Assembly: GCF_006345805.1 (NCBI RefSeq)
Contig: NC_043021.1
Coordinates: 27,094,001 to 27,158,000, forward strand
Origin: Octopus sinensis
Lineage: Eukaryota
DNA length: 64,000 nucleotides
Direction of reading: 5' to 3'
The position numbers and the translations under genes are program-made. This document shows positions 25,748 through 39,590 of the stretch, in pieces; the stretch's first letter is position 1; the number at the start of each line of letters is the position of its first letter. Under the pieces are notes generated by a model. That model saw only the letters and a list, made by a program, of their open reading frames with translations, was not told where the DNA came from and did not search any database.

Positions 25748-26639
25748 GCATACGCATAGATGTTTGTGCAAATACACGTGCGCGCTCACACTCATATATA
25801 GTTTTGTAATGCTTCTCTAATATATATGGTTTTATTTAGGCTTTGTGGTTAATAGACAAAGGAAATTATTATTGGTTATGCAAAGACTTATTTATTGTTT
25901 CTTTCTTATTTTTACATATTCTGCAGCTAATAAATGTATTTTCATTACATTCTTACTGAATATTACATGCTGGCAGAATATTACGAAACCGCATTAACTC
26001 TATCACATTATAAGGAAGGCTATAGAGAGAGTATTACCTTCCTTTTCTGATATTAATCTGATGTTTCTATAATATCTCTCTTTAATCTGTCCTTTTATTT
26101 GTGTCTGCTTTTCTATGTCTAGTTCATTAGTTTTCTTATCTCAAGGCGGTGAGCTGTCAAAACGGTCACTGCACCGGACAAGATGCTTAACGGCGTTTGG
26201 CTTCCGGTGTTTTATGTTTTGAGATGAAATGTCGGTGAATCTATTTTGCTTTTCTCCCTCCAGGGGTCAATAAAATAAGTACCATTTTGAGAACGGGGTC
26301 ATTCTATTCGATTTCCCCTTCCTCTCTAAACTGTTAGCAAAGGTTAGAAAGAAGTATTTTCCCTTATCTAGTACAGTGCAATTAAACAATAATGAAGATA
26401 AGAATAACAATGATTTCAAATTTTGTTATAAGGCCAGCAATTTCAGGATAGGGGCTAAGTCGATTAGATCGACTCCAGTGCTCAACCCCGAAAGGATGAA
26501 AGGCAAAGTCGACCTGGGCGGAATTTGAACTCAGATCGTAAAGAACCAGAGAAAAAAAATCAGAGCAAATACAGAATCTGTGGGAAAGGAAACGAAAATA
26601 TTAATTTCCTCTGAAGTGAATGCAGTGTATAAGTGAAAA

Positions 26640-27130
26640 CATGAACGTGTCACTAAAAATGTGCATTGGAAAATTAGCAAAGTGCATGGATTAAAAGTTA
26701 TAGAAAAATGGTAATAAACACGAGCCAGAGGTTGAGAAGGTGAAGAATAATACAGGATTTTATAAGAGTTCTCCATAATGAGTGACCTCAATATTGAAGC
26801 CAGAAACAAAATATGGTCGAAGATAAAAAAACAACAAAACAAAACATAAAAAAGCAAACTCTGTAATATCATATGACAACAGAGTGGCTACCAAAGAAAC
26901 TGAGAAAATTGGGCGATATCAAAACCTAATCAGAGAAATGATGACATTTTGGAAGAGATAAATGAAAATCGCTGTTGCGGCAACTGGTGCACAGGACACA
27001 TCAGCCAAACTGCTAGCAAAGATGCTAAAGGCTAATGAAATTGAGAAAGCATTGTAGAAAAACATCAGTAGTAAGTATACAAATGAAGATTGTTGAGGTT
27101 TAAGGTGACTACTGGACACATAGGTCCGGA
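26640..27130 (+). mobile_element. Heavily decayed RLE-type (R4/Dong-like) element 3' end
   Basis: Remnants VHWKISKVHGLKVIEKW, HEPE, SDLNIEARN and VAATGAQDT resemble the conserved RLE C-terminus. Confidence 0.5.
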
Positions 27131-27319
27131 TAACATTTCTGCTGTACGAATTAAAGTGTTCTAGTTTTCGAAATCATAATACCAATGGATACAAATTTTA
27201 GCACAAAACTAGACATTTTAACGGCAGGCGGCCGTAGATTACATCGACCCCAGTATTTGACTGGTCCCGGATATTCTGCAAATCCGTGTATGCGTATTTG
27301 GGGTATATAATGCAGTGTA

Positions 27320-27556
27320 TATAAGGGCGGCCAGCTGGCAGAAACGTTAGCACACCGGGCGAAATGCGTAGCCGTATTTCGTCTGTCGTTACGTTCTGAG
27401 TTCAAATTCCGCCGCGGTCAACTTTGCCTTTCATCCTTTCGGGATCGATAAATTAAGTACCAGTTTCGCACTGGGGTCGATGTAATCGACTTAATCCCTT
27501 TGTCTGTCCTTGTTTGTCCCCTCTATGTTTAGCTCCTTGTGGGTAGTAAAGAAATA
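27320..27556 (+). mobile_element. Family A SINE monomer (tail A) with 16-bp TSD
   Basis: TSD TATATAATGCAGTGTA at 27304-27319 and 27557-27572. Confidence 0.88.
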
Positions 27557-28006
27557 TATATAATGCAGTGTAATTGGGACATATTATGCGGTGTGTCATT
27601 CAGCAAACAAAATCGATTTGGTAGTTCAAAGCATCACAAGACGCGTTTCAATAACGTAGTTTATTCCCAAATACGAAGTCCATCGCATGACATATTAAAT
27701 AGCATTACGTAAATTCGAATCGAATTGTTACGCAATCATTCGTTTTCGTTAGATGCTATTCTGCTAAATATTTGGTGGAAATAAGATGAATTTATAAGGA
27801 AAGAGATATCTGTAACTAAAGAGATGGAAACAAGAATTTTATATATATATATATTATATTTTATATTAATTATATTCATATTTTTTGTTATTTATGTATT
27901 GGTTTATGTCTATCACTGTTTGAGTTGCCTAATAGTGGTTTTATCTCTAATTTAATTTATATATATATATAAAACACACACACATACATAATGTACACAC
28001 ACACAC

Positions 28007-28039
<33 letters not shown>

Positions 28040-28100
28040 TGCATATTCAAGTCCAAGTTTATCTCAATAGATTTTGTATAAAATGCAGAGCCACCGCTGC

Positions 28101-28187
28101 AAGGTGCGACGTTTCGTAGACGAATACATCTTATGTAAACAATACCAACGACAATGAAAATAGTTACTGCACTTTCATCAGCACCTC
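28101..28187 (-). ncRNA. Type I hammerhead-like motif
   Basis: Minus strand: GAGGTG CTGATGA ...(~60 nt)... C GAAA CG TC G CACCTT. Core boxes are intact and stem I is GAGGTG/CACCTT. Confidence 0.5.
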
Positions 28188-28669
28188 ATACAACCCATTG
28201 ACTATCTACAATTACTTTACTTAAACACCCACTAAGTTTAGCGGTCTAATACAACTGGATAGACAAATTTAGATATCAAATACTCTCCTCGCGAGTGGCA
28301 CGTACCTATCAATTGTTGCCAAGGATGCAGCATTTCCTTTTGCACTCATAATATACTACTAAGTATGCAAGTCAATACTGGGTCTTACCTTAAGGCACTG
28401 AGCTGGCAGAATCGTTACCGTAACAGTAAAAATACTCGTTTTTATATTCTGAGTTTAAATCCCACCAAGCTCGACTTTGCCTTTCTTCTTTTCAGAGTCG
28501 ACAAAATAAGCACCAGTTGAGTCCTAGGGTCGATGTAATCAACTTACCCATTGCCCCTAAATTGCTGGCCTTCTGAAAAAAATTGAAACTAATACCTTGT
28601 GTTAGCTGTGCTGTGTATTCACTTTTAAATTTATCTCTATAGATGTCCTATATAACCGAGAGCCAACAC

Positions 28670-28705
<36 letters not shown>

Positions 28706-28912
28706 CACATACGTATATAAATATGCACACATACATAAATATATAAACATACACATTCATACATACATATATATATATATATGCCCATATTTATCTTAGA
28801 ATGTATGTGTATTTATACGTGCATACATATTAATTATGCATATATGTAGATATTATTTGTATACGTCTATGCATGAGCGTGTGCATTAGTGTATACGTAT
28901 ATATATATATAG

Positions 28913-28984
<72 letters not shown>

Positions 28985-29059
28985 GATACACACATATACA
29001 TACATATGCATGCATATCTTTCCAAATTTCTCCCTATCTATCCATATATATATATATTC

Positions 29060-29620
29060 AAAATAAGCAACAAGGATATCCAAGGTAGGGTAGTACAATC
29101 GTTTCATGCTACTTCATTTAATTAAACAATGTAAGTATTACATCAGTTTTAAAATGTAGAGCACTCTTCAGCCACATATAAACTCATTAGTAGCAATATA
29201 TATGCGTCCTTACTATGTAAGGGGATGTCATTTAGGTAAAATTCTATATTAACCTTTCCATCCCGTTGAAAAAATCTGAATCTAAATTTTGCTGATCTTA
29301 TAATACCATACATTGTTTATTCCTTCTGCTACTTAATTTTTTCAACGGAATGGAAAAGGTTAATGTAGAATTTTCCCTAAAGGACATTCCCTCACATATA
29401 TATGGCTACTAATCCATAGGACTAATGAATTTATATGTGACTGAAGAGTGCTCTATATTTTAAAACTGATGTAATACTTACATTGTTTAATTAAGTGAAG
29501 TAGCATGAAACGATTGTACTATAATCACCCCATTTGATTTATATGGATAATACCATACCACATTCTGGTGCCTTTAACTTAAGTACCATATTCATCTGAA
29601 TCTAAATTTTGCTGAACCTA
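29060..29620. mobile_element. PLE-derived inverted-repeat element with a hammerhead motif in each arm
   Basis: Arms ~29091-29275 and ~29335-29521. Each reads CTGAAGA GTGCT...AGCAT GAAA CGATTG TA, on + from 29441 and on - from 29171. Confidence 0.65.
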
Positions 29621-29624
29621 TATA

Positions 29625-29676
<52 letters not shown>

Positions 29677-30179
29677 TGTATGCATGTATGCATGTATGTA
29701 TGTATGTATGTATGTATGTATGTATGTATGTATATACAGGTACACACACACATCTACACAGACGCATGAACAGTCATATAATTATCTATATTCGATTCTC
29801 AATTGATCTGAGAAATAAAGGCCATGGTCAGGTGTTTATGGATTTCCTTTGGCACCAAAGGTGGACAACGTTGCTTGAGATTTATTAATAAGGCAACTTC
29901 TGACAAACACCTTCCACATACCTTTTATTTTTTTGATATTCTACAGCTAATTTAATCCAATTTCTTCCGATACCACTACATTAATGCCAATACCAGCTCC
30001 GGTGTTAACATATATATATATAACCTCAGAACGCATATAAACTCACTGAAAAACATACATAGAAAAAAAAAAGCAAGCACAGACTTCCTTCCCCTTCCTC
30101 CTGCTCCTTTCATTTCCCTTTCTCTCATTCTATATTCTCGCTTACTTCGGCTATACATATTATATACATTGATATTCAT

Positions 30180-30203
30180 ACGAATATATATATAATATAT
30201 ATA

Positions 30204-30252
<49 letters not shown>

Positions 30253-30281
30253 GTATATATGTATACATATACGTATATATA

Positions 30282-30330
<49 letters not shown>

Positions 30331-30359
30331 GTATATATGTATACATATACGTATATATA

Positions 30360-30404
<45 letters not shown>

Positions 30405-30512
30405 GTATATATGTATACATATACGTATATATATGCATATATATATATATATATATATAATATATATATATACACATATACGTATATATGTATACATATA
30501 CGTATATATTGC

Positions 30513-30557
<45 letters not shown>

Positions 30558-30700
30558 GTATATATATATACATATACGTATATATATTCATATATATATA
30601 TTATATATATATACATACATACATACATACACAGACACAGACACAGACACACACACACACACACACAAATATATATATATATATATGGATAGATAGATAG
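30180..30700. repeat. Compound (TA)n/ACATATACGT minisatellite
   Basis: Recurring ACACATATACGTATATATGTATACATATACGT blocks separated by (TA)n. Confidence 0.85.
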
Positions 30701-31129
30701 ATACAGATATATGTATAATGCACACATATATATGCGAATATGTTTATATGCAAATGTAGTAATGTATATATCTATCTTTTGTATTTTTCTTATCTCTGTA
30801 TGCGTGTGCTTGTGTGTGTATTTAGAGGAAGAGAGTAAGAAAGTAAGAGAGAGAGAGAGAGAGAGAGAGAGGGGAAGACAGGGTGAGAAGGAGAGTGAGA
30901 GAAAGAGAGAGTGGGAGAGAATGTGAGAGATAGAGAGAAGTGGAAAGAAATTCTGCAGTTATATTATTTTCTCCCTACGAACTCCGTGATCTTACTAACT
31001 ATGGACGCAAATAAAAGGAAACTTGCACTATAATAAGAGTTCTTTCAATTCGTATTAGAATGTGCGTGGCGTTGTAAATAGTAGTTATATGTCATGCGAT
31101 TTTAAGTTGAATCACACTATATATACATA

Positions 31130-31310
31130 CACATGCACACACACACACATACATGACTACATACACATGCACACACACACACATACATGACTACATACAC
31201 ATGCACACACACACACATACATGACTACATACGTACACATGACTACATACGTACACATGACTACATACGTACACATGACTACATACATACGTATGACTAC
31301 ATACGTATGC
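31130..31310. repeat. ~18-bp minisatellite (ACATGACTACATACGTAC)
   Basis: Directly visible tandem units, which produce the spurious MTTYVH peptide repeat. Confidence 0.85.
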
Positions 31311-31599
31311 ACATATATATATAATATACATATATACATACAAACATACATATACACACGCACACATTGGGTTACTCGCTCATATGCACGTAAACGTATA
31401 ACGTTTTCAACTCTAGAACTCGAAGTAGATAAAATCATAAAGTAAAACCCTTTTGGATAGAAAAATCCCTAATAAATACAAAAACACACACATTGAAATG
31501 TAACTCCCCATTTTAAAAAATTCTTATAAATTATTTATTAATTGTAATTATTTCGCACAAAGACTCTTTGCTCTCTTCCTTTCATTTCAATAGCTGTAA

Positions 31600-32150
31600 G
31601 CATTCTCTATATGGGTAAGGAATCATCTACTACCAACTTCGCTTGGAAAAAACCGTGACTGCCATCCCTTCTCCTGGAGACGGCTCTCGTACTTGGCGCA
31701 CTTCCATCCGTGGGTCTGATCCTATGGGTCCCTAAGCTCAATCAAGAATATTGTCCTTGCCATTTCAGATCACAAACTGCATTTGGCATCAAGGTTGTAT
31801 GGACAACCTGGGAAAGCTGCAATTTCCGCCCGTCGTCTACTTTCATGTCCCTGTCCTCTTTTCTTTCCTCACTGGATTTTCTCCTTTCACAAACGTGATT
31901 GCTGTATTGTCTTTCCCAGTTGATGGCGTTTCTTGAGCTTTCCTATCCTAGGGTGTGAAGATGTGTTGCAAATACCTTATCATGGCAGCGCTTATATGTT
32001 CCTTGAGTGAATGCTGTTTTGCACCCTGAAATGATATGTGCCAGAGTGCCCTTATCTCCACAAAGTCTAATCAGCTGATCCCCATTCAAACCCCACCTGT
32101 GCAGGTTAGCTGGCATTGGGAGTGTGTCATACACCGCCCATGTATGTTTG
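31600..32150 (-). mobile_element. Decayed RLE-type (HERO/NeSL-like) non-LTR element, C-terminus
   Basis: AVYDTLPMPANLHRWG...RLCGDKGTLAHIISGCKTAFTQGTYKRCHDKV is a typical zinc-knuckle/RHD region of these clades. Confidence 0.75.
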
Positions 32151-32197
32151 CGAATACACATGCGCGCGCGCTCATTATATATATATATATATATTAT

Positions 32198-32621
32198 GGC
32201 CGCAGGAGTGACTGTGTGGTAAGACGCTTGCTTCCCAACCACATTGTCCCGGGTTCAGTCCCACTGTGTGCCACCTTCGGCGAGTGTCTCCTAATATAGT
32301 CTCGGGCCGAATAAAGCCTTGTGAGTGGATTTGGGAGAGAAAAACTAAAAGAAGCCCGTCGTATATATATATATATATATATAAAGTTAATCCAAACAAG
32401 AAAACACAGAAAAAAAACAGCAACGCGAGGACGTGGAACAATTAAAGTATTATTTGACGCTCAGGAAAGAAGGGAAGGAGGGTTTAACGTTTCGAGCGGA
32501 GCTCTTCGTCGGAAACAAGGAGAAGGAAAGAGAGAAGCAAAGATCCCAAGAAGGGAAGACAGAGGAAAAAAATATTTTTGCTGGTGGTGCTCAAGAGATC
32601 ACATGTTGAAAAAAAAAAATA

Positions 32622-32666
<45 letters not shown>

Positions 32667-32880
32667 TGTATGTATGTATATATGTATGTATTTGTGTGTC
32701 TGTGCTTGTCGTCCCCACCATCGCTTGACAACTGACGGTGTGTTTACGTCCCCGTAATTTTGCGGTTCGGCAATACAGGCTGATACAATAAGTACAAAAG
32801 AATAAGTCCTGAGGTTAATTTGTTCGACTAAAGACGGTGCTCCAGCATGGCCGCAGTCAATTGACTGAAAAAATATAATG
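32198..32880 (+). mobile_element. SINE family B with a PLE-like fragment (~32385-32610) inserted in its internal (TA)n
   Basis: SINE head at 32198-32362 and 3' half at 32690-32880. The intervening segment is homologous to 46130-46345. Confidence 0.75.
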
Positions 32881-33494
32881 ATAAAAGAATATGTATATTT
32901 GTGAATAAATAAATAAATAAATGCATACATACAGACATATCTATTTATATATCTAATGTTTCTATATCTATCTATCTAAATATATCGCTCCTTATTTCTT
33001 CTGTCCATCTGCCTCTAGCTCTCTTTCTTCTCTCCCCACGCGACCGGTGTTCGGCAAAGCCTGACCTTTCTTTCTAGGTTCGGCCATCGTCCGTGCAACG
33101 TCTATATTCCCCATGTGCCTGTCAAATCATATGTCACCGCCGTAAATCTTTACTTCCACACACGCCATCTTAATTTAATTCATCCTTAGTCGAAAGACAC
33201 CTGTTGTTGTGTCCTGTTATTTGTATTTGTGTAACATACTCCGTTTTTCCCGTCCTTGTTTTCGTATACATTAGCTGCTTTCTTCCAAGGAATCTAATGC
33301 TCGTAGCTTAGTTTTCCCTTGGAGCTAGCTAAATTGGAGTAAACTTGAGTTAAAAGATAATCTGGAACTCAACTGAAGAAAAAAAACTCCGAATGCCCTG
33401 TCCTCGTTTTCTTTGTGTCGTCTATCTGAATGTTTTGCTGACCCTTTTTTGTATCACCTGTCAGGATGTTTTGCGTTCTTGTCCCATTTTGTGC

Positions 33495-33529
<35 letters not shown>

Positions 33530-33702
33530 TAATGTCTTGTTGTTGAGATAGGTTCTCTTTTTTTCCTGATGAGAAGATTACATTATTTTACACCGTTTAT
33601 TCCTTTGGAATAAAACCAATGTTGTCTTCGAAGGATATGTCGAAAGTAAAAGAATTTGGATAACACTTGCGTTCAACTCCACTTATTTACTTATATATAT
33701 AT

Positions 33703-36216
33703 AGTTGTCTTAATGGACACGACATTTTACATTACTTTAGTACTATCTATGTTGGAAGACACAGCATATTATGAAAAGGCCCAAAATTACAGTCAGCAAA
33801 ATATAATGAGAGAACTAAAATCCATGTTAAACCTATACAAAGAAGGGCTCACCGACAAAGAATATGATTATATGACAAATTTCAAAAGTAAAACCAGCCA
33901 ATTCTATGGTATTCCCAAGATACACAAAAGTGAGAAAATAAGTAACGCATGCAAGATAGCCACAGACAAAATAATTAAAGTCGCTAATCCTAATGACCTC
34001 AAATTGAGACCCATAATAGCAGGTCCCGCATGCGAAACCCACCGCCTCAGTAACTTTTTAGATACCCTCTTAAAACCATTCCTCAAACATGTCAAAAGCT
34101 ATATAGGGGACGACCTGGATATGCTCAATCACCTGCCTAAAACAATAAACAAAAACACCCTACTAGTATCCTTCGATGTAGTCAACCTCTATTCCAATAT
34201 CCCCCACATCCTAGGAATAGAGGCAATTCAATTCTGGCTAGAGAATTACGCCAACGAACTCCCACATCGCATCAAAAAAAATTCGTGATAGAAGAGGTTA
34301 AATTCATCCTGGAAAATAACTACTTTGCCTTCAAAGACAACTTCTACCGACAAAAATCGGGGACTGCGATGGGTACGCGAATGCCTCCCTCCTTTGCCAA
34401 CCTAGTCATATGATATCTAGAAATCAGTATGTATCGTAAGGTTCTAGAAAGATATGGCAGCCCTTTTTCCCTCAACATAGAAAACAACTGGAAGAGATAC
34501 CTAGATGACTGTTTCATTCTTTGGCATGAAAATATAGAGAAACTCAAAGAATTCCATTTTATTTATAAGGACTGGACGTAAACATCCAATTCACGATGGA
34601 ATATAGCTAGCAACAACTCAGCCTTCCTCGACATCCTCATTAAGAAATCAAATAACGTAATAGAAACATATATATATATACTATAAGCCTACGGATTCTA
34701 TGCAATATCTTCCATTCAATTCATGCCACCCCAGATACACCAGAATGAATATCCCCTTCAATCTAGCAAAAAGGATATGTACTATAGTTTCTAATGCAAA
34801 CACCAGAGACACATGACTACAAGAACTAAAAGATACTCTCATCACCAGGAACTACCCACCTTCACTAATTGACATATGCATTCAACGTGCCCTTCAACTC
34901 AACATCCAGGAACTCAGACATCCCAAATCAAAGAAAAATTTACGACCAAAAGCCTTGCCATACATCTCCACACACAACCCTCTCAACAATGAAGCCTTCG
35001 ACACCATCCTCCAAAACATGCCCCTCCTAAAAAAGACCACAGAATGAACACAATCCTCCAAACACACACGATCATAAAAAGCTAGACACAGCCTAAATCT
35101 ATGAAAAAAATGTGAAAGACTCAATTGCGGGATATGCGATTATCTAATTGAGGGATCAGAGTTCTCCTTCAAACAGGGACAACGGTTTACAGTGAAAAGC
35201 AACTTCACATGTGTTTCGGAGAACCTGATATACACAATAACCTGCTCTGGGTGTCAAGAGCAATACATAGGACAAACAAAAAATAGTTTGCGTAAAAGGA
35301 TGGCCCTGCACAGATCCCAAATAAAAATTCCCTAAAACAGAAAAATAGCATTCAGTCAACACATAGATATTTGCGCCAACAACAAAACTCCAAGCTTCAG
35401 GATTTTTCCCCTCTACCAATTCAGGGACGATACAACCTGGATCCAACGAATAAGTAAAGAAACTCTCTTTATTACAAAATACAGCCCCTTTCTGATTGGG
35501 TCTACGACAAACGATATATCCACCTAGGCTTTAGAATAACACAAATACACACGCAAATATTACATTCCTAAGAATCCATTAAAATCAGCCCCAATCACAC
35601 AGCTATAACCCATACGTGCCAACTTTAAGTCATTCAACACTCACTACTTCTACTCATTCATATTCTCCCTTCTTCTTCTCTCTTCTTCTTCTTCTTCTCT
35701 TCTTCTTCTTCTTCTTCTTCTTCTTCTCTTCTTCTTCTTCTTCTTCTTCTTCTTTCTTCTTCTTCTCCCCCTGCTTCCTCCTCATTCCTTCTCCTTCCTA
35801 ACTTTATCACTAATGCTTTTTAGAATGATACCTACGCAAATTCTATAAACAAAACATTCAATAGAAATATTTTCATGAATTGAACAGCAACTGCTACCAT
35901 CCACTGACCAATCAAAATACTACTATCATGGCACCCCCAAATTTTTCGTCGTCCTCCTCCTCCTCCCCTTTCCCTACCAAGAATTCACAACGACCTCGAA
36001 CCCACAAGAGTAAACAAGAGAGACAGAGACAGGCAGAAACAAGGAAAATGTCACTTGTATTTGAACACTATACAAATATTCTTTAAAAAAAAATTTCTTT
36101 TAATTTTTCTAAATTTAATTATTTAATTGTTACAGTTGAAAATGTCTCAATGACTGAAACCGGTACTGAAATGTTCTTTATAAAATTATTTTAGCATTTT
36201 CTATCCTGACTTGTTT

Positions 36217-36218
<2 letters not shown>
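33703..36218 (+). mobile_element. Penelope-like element, 5'-truncated (RT + GIY-YIG endonuclease), pseudogenised
   Basis: FYGIPKIHK, LRPIIAGP, SFDVVNLYSNIP, GTAMG, RYLDD (~34495-34509), FLDI, SCHP and GIY-YIG NLIYTITCSGCQEQYIGQT (~35222-35278). Also a (CTT)n 3' UTR and a terminal hammerhead-like motif. Confidence 0.9.
36133..36168 (+). ncRNA. Minimal hammerhead motif (U3-A8 variant) in PLE 3' end
   Basis: CAG TTGAAAA TGTC-TCAAT-GACT GAAA CCGG TA CTG. Confidence 0.55.
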
Positions 36219-36253
<35 letters not shown>

Positions 36254-36674
36254 CATACATACATAAACACACACACACATATATGTATATATATATGTAT
36301 GTAGGCATGTATGTTTGTATATAATGCAGAGGAAAGCATGAATAAATATCCATTCGCAAAATATACTGCTTTCTCTCTCTACCTGCGTACCTACATAAAA
36401 ACGAATGCATGATTATTGGCACGCACACAAACACACACTCGCATGCACACACTCACACAAACACACGTACAAACTTTCACGTGCACATACACAACGGTGC
36501 CCAGATACACTTTCTTGACCAATAATAAGAGCACATCTAATTTGATCTCAGCCGTCTTTTTACGAATTTTGCTTGATAACTATTACATTCTGTATGAAAG
36601 AATTATTGATAAAAGGGATCAAAAATAATTTCACGATTCCATGAGTATATATGTAAAAACATATACAATATATG

Positions 36675-36706
<32 letters not shown>

Positions 36707-37202
36707 TCTGTATACGTATGTATTTATGTATGTATGGGAGTGTTTTCGTGTGTGATTGTTTGTATGTATATATGTATGTAGGGCTACATATGCATATAGG
36801 TACAAGTGTAGATATATCATTAGAGATTGGGATTCATATCTAATATATATTTAGATTATGAGAAACCGTATAAAAATGATTTAAGGAATATTCTCTTCTC
36901 GTTCAGCTGATAGGAGCCCGCCCCGCCATGCACCATCTTTTTCTCTATGTGTATATATATCAATATATATATATATCAAGAAAGAGAGAGCGAGAGAGAG
37001 AGAGAGGAGATGGGGGGGGGGGTGAGAGAGATGCACACGCGTGCGTAAACATCGTGAATCACCAACACACGCACACACTCATTCTCTCACTGATCACACT
37101 CAATTATGAGGTATTTCTTATTCAATAGTTTTTCTATTTATTTCTTTACCTGTTTATTATTCATTTGCAGTCGTTTTTAACTCTGATGTTACTTATCTCT
37201 GC

Positions 37203-37256
<54 letters not shown>

Positions 37257-37344
37257 GCGCGCAAGTGCACACATATGCGCACACATATACTTGGCTATTT
37301 TCCGTATTTCTTTTGATGTTTTAATATCTGGGATTGATTATGAT

Positions 37345-37710
37345 GGCGAGCTGGCAAAATAGTAAGTAGAAGATGCTTAGCGGCATTCCATCCGTCCTTA
37401 CGTTCTGAGTTCAAATTCCGCCGAGGTTCACTTTGCTTTTTATCCTTTCGGGCTCGATAAAGTAAGTACCAGTTGAAGACTGGTGTCGATGTAATCGATT
37501 TACCTCCTCCCCCGGAATTGCTGGCCTTGTGCCAAGATTTTAAATCACTATTTAGGATCGGTGAGGTGGTGAGTTAGCACAAGCGTCAACACGCTGAGCG
37601 GCATTTTGTCCGTCTTTATGTTCTGAGTTCAAATTCCACTGATGTCGAGTTAGCATTTCATCCTTTCGAGGTCGATAAAATGAGTATCAGTGGAGCACTG
37701 CAGTCGATGT
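37345..37710 (+). mobile_element. Two diverged family A SINE copies in tandem
   Basis: GAGTTCAAATTCC and TCCTTTCG...TCGATAAA motifs occur at ~37405 and ~37625. Confidence 0.7.
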
Positions 37711-37793
37711 AGAAGTCCCTTGTGTGTGTGTGTATAAAAGCAAAATTGCCAGTCATAAAACCTCAAGAAGAGATCAGAGCAGTAGCTATATTA

Positions 37794-38191
37794 TTTTCTA
37801 CTCTAGGCACAAGGCCCGAAATTTGGGGAGAGGGGGCTAGTCGATTAGATCGACCCCAGTACGCAACTGATACTTAATTTATCGATCCCGGAAGTATGAA
37901 AAACAAAGTGGACCTCCGCGGAATTTGAACTCAGAACGTAACGGCTGACGAAATACCTATTTCTTTACTACCCACAAGGGGCTAAGCACAGAGAGGACAA
38001 ACAAGGACAGACAACGGGATTAAGTCAATTATATCGACCCCAGTGCGTATCTGGTGCTTATTTAATCGACCCCGAAAGGATGAAAGGCAAAGTCAACCTC
38101 GATGGAATTTGAACTCAGAACGTCACGGCAGACGAAATACCGCTAAGCATTTTTAGCCGGCGTGCTAACGATTCTGCCAGCTCGCCGCCTT
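37794..38191 (-). mobile_element. Dimeric family A SINE with TSD
   Basis: Tail A|GGTATTTCGTC junction at ~37948-37965. Flanking repeat AGAGCAGT(A/G)GCTATATTA. Confidence 0.85.
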
Positions 38192-38210
38192 AGAGCAGTG
38201 GCTATATTAA

Positions 38211-38683
38211 CAAGTAAAGTCATTCACTACGTCAAAATGAATGTTCCATTTTACTACTAGTTTAACCCCAGGTAGATTGTCTGCCTGCTGGTTATCGATG
38301 CGATGCTGCACCCTCTATATACAATATATATTGCCAGTCGCGGGAGCGAATGACTTTACTTGTTAGTATAGTTACTACTCTGATCGTATCTTGAGATTTT
38401 AAAAGCAGTTCTTTTGCTTGTTGCATATCAGTGACCGTTGGTCGCTTTATATACAATATATTACTAGCGGGAGCGAGCTCTGGCAACTACGCTGGCGGTC
38501 AGGTATTCGCGACTGAGGATGAGCCAAATAGCTAGAAACTGAGTTTGCTCGCCCTGCTGGCAATATATATTGTATATAGAGGGGACAGCGTCGCACCGAT
38601 AACCAGCTGGTGGAAGATCTGCCTGGGGTTAAACTAGTAATAACATGGAACACCCACTTTGACGTGCCGAATGACTTTACTTG
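38211..38683. mobile_element. TIR element/MITE with an internal TTAA-CCCC...GGGG-TTAA (piggyBac-like) module
   Basis: Outer arms CAAGTAAAGTCATTC / GAATGACTTTACTTG. Inner TTAACCCCAGGTAGAT (38262) / ATCTGCCTGGGGTTAA (ends 38632), with long imperfect inverted repeats. Confidence 0.75.
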
Positions 38684-39229
38684 TGTGTGTGTGTGTGATG
38701 GTGTCTCATCCGCTCCACCGCTTGACAACAAATGTTTGATTCACATAGCCGTAACTTAGCGGTTTGACTGATCGAGCTTTACCGCAGTCCATTAACTGAA
38801 ACAATTAAACGATATAATTATTACCTTGCGTAATATTATAAATATTGATAAAAATCTTTCTGGGAACCAGTAATTACATTAGAAAGAACTTGCTGAAATA
38901 CATTACCTGCTTGCTCGACCTGCTGTGAATGGCAACCAAATCGGTCACTTATGTACACCCTGATTTCTAATTTGTTTTCATAACAATCCACTTAAAACGC
39001 CCCTCGCTTTATGATCTTAACTTCCTGGTTTAAAGTGATTTAAATTAAAACCTTCCATCAACATTTCATACTGTTGTATGCTTCAAGCATCAGCTTTATA
39101 ATTCTTTCAATTTTAGGATACATGATTTGCAATTTTGAGGAGAAGCGGAAATTCATGTCTTTAATGCCGCTGCTCAGCTGGTGCTTGTTTTATCATCCTC
39201 GAACGGATGAATTTTTCATCCTTTATCTT

Positions 39230-39590
39230 TTATTTGTTTCAGTCATTAGATTCCGGCCATGCTGGGGCACGCCTTAAATTTTTAGTCGAATAAATCGACA
39301 TCAGTGCTTATTTATTAAAGCACGGTACTTATTCTATCGGTCATTTTTGTCGAACGGCAAAGTTACTCGGACGTAAACAGTGGTGGAGGACAAACACTGA
39401 TACACACACACACACACACACACACACGACGGGCTTCTCTCATTTTCTGTGTATCAAATCCACTAACAAGCTCTGTGCGGTTCGAGGCTATAGTAGTAGA
39501 TTGTGTGCCAAGAAGACAAGGTGTCAAGCGGGACTGAACTAGAAACCATGTGATTAGGATACAAGCTTCTTACTAAACAGCCACGCCTTT
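39230..39590 (-). mobile_element. Diverged SINE family B copy
   Basis: Colinear with 59945-60385. Confidence 0.7.
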
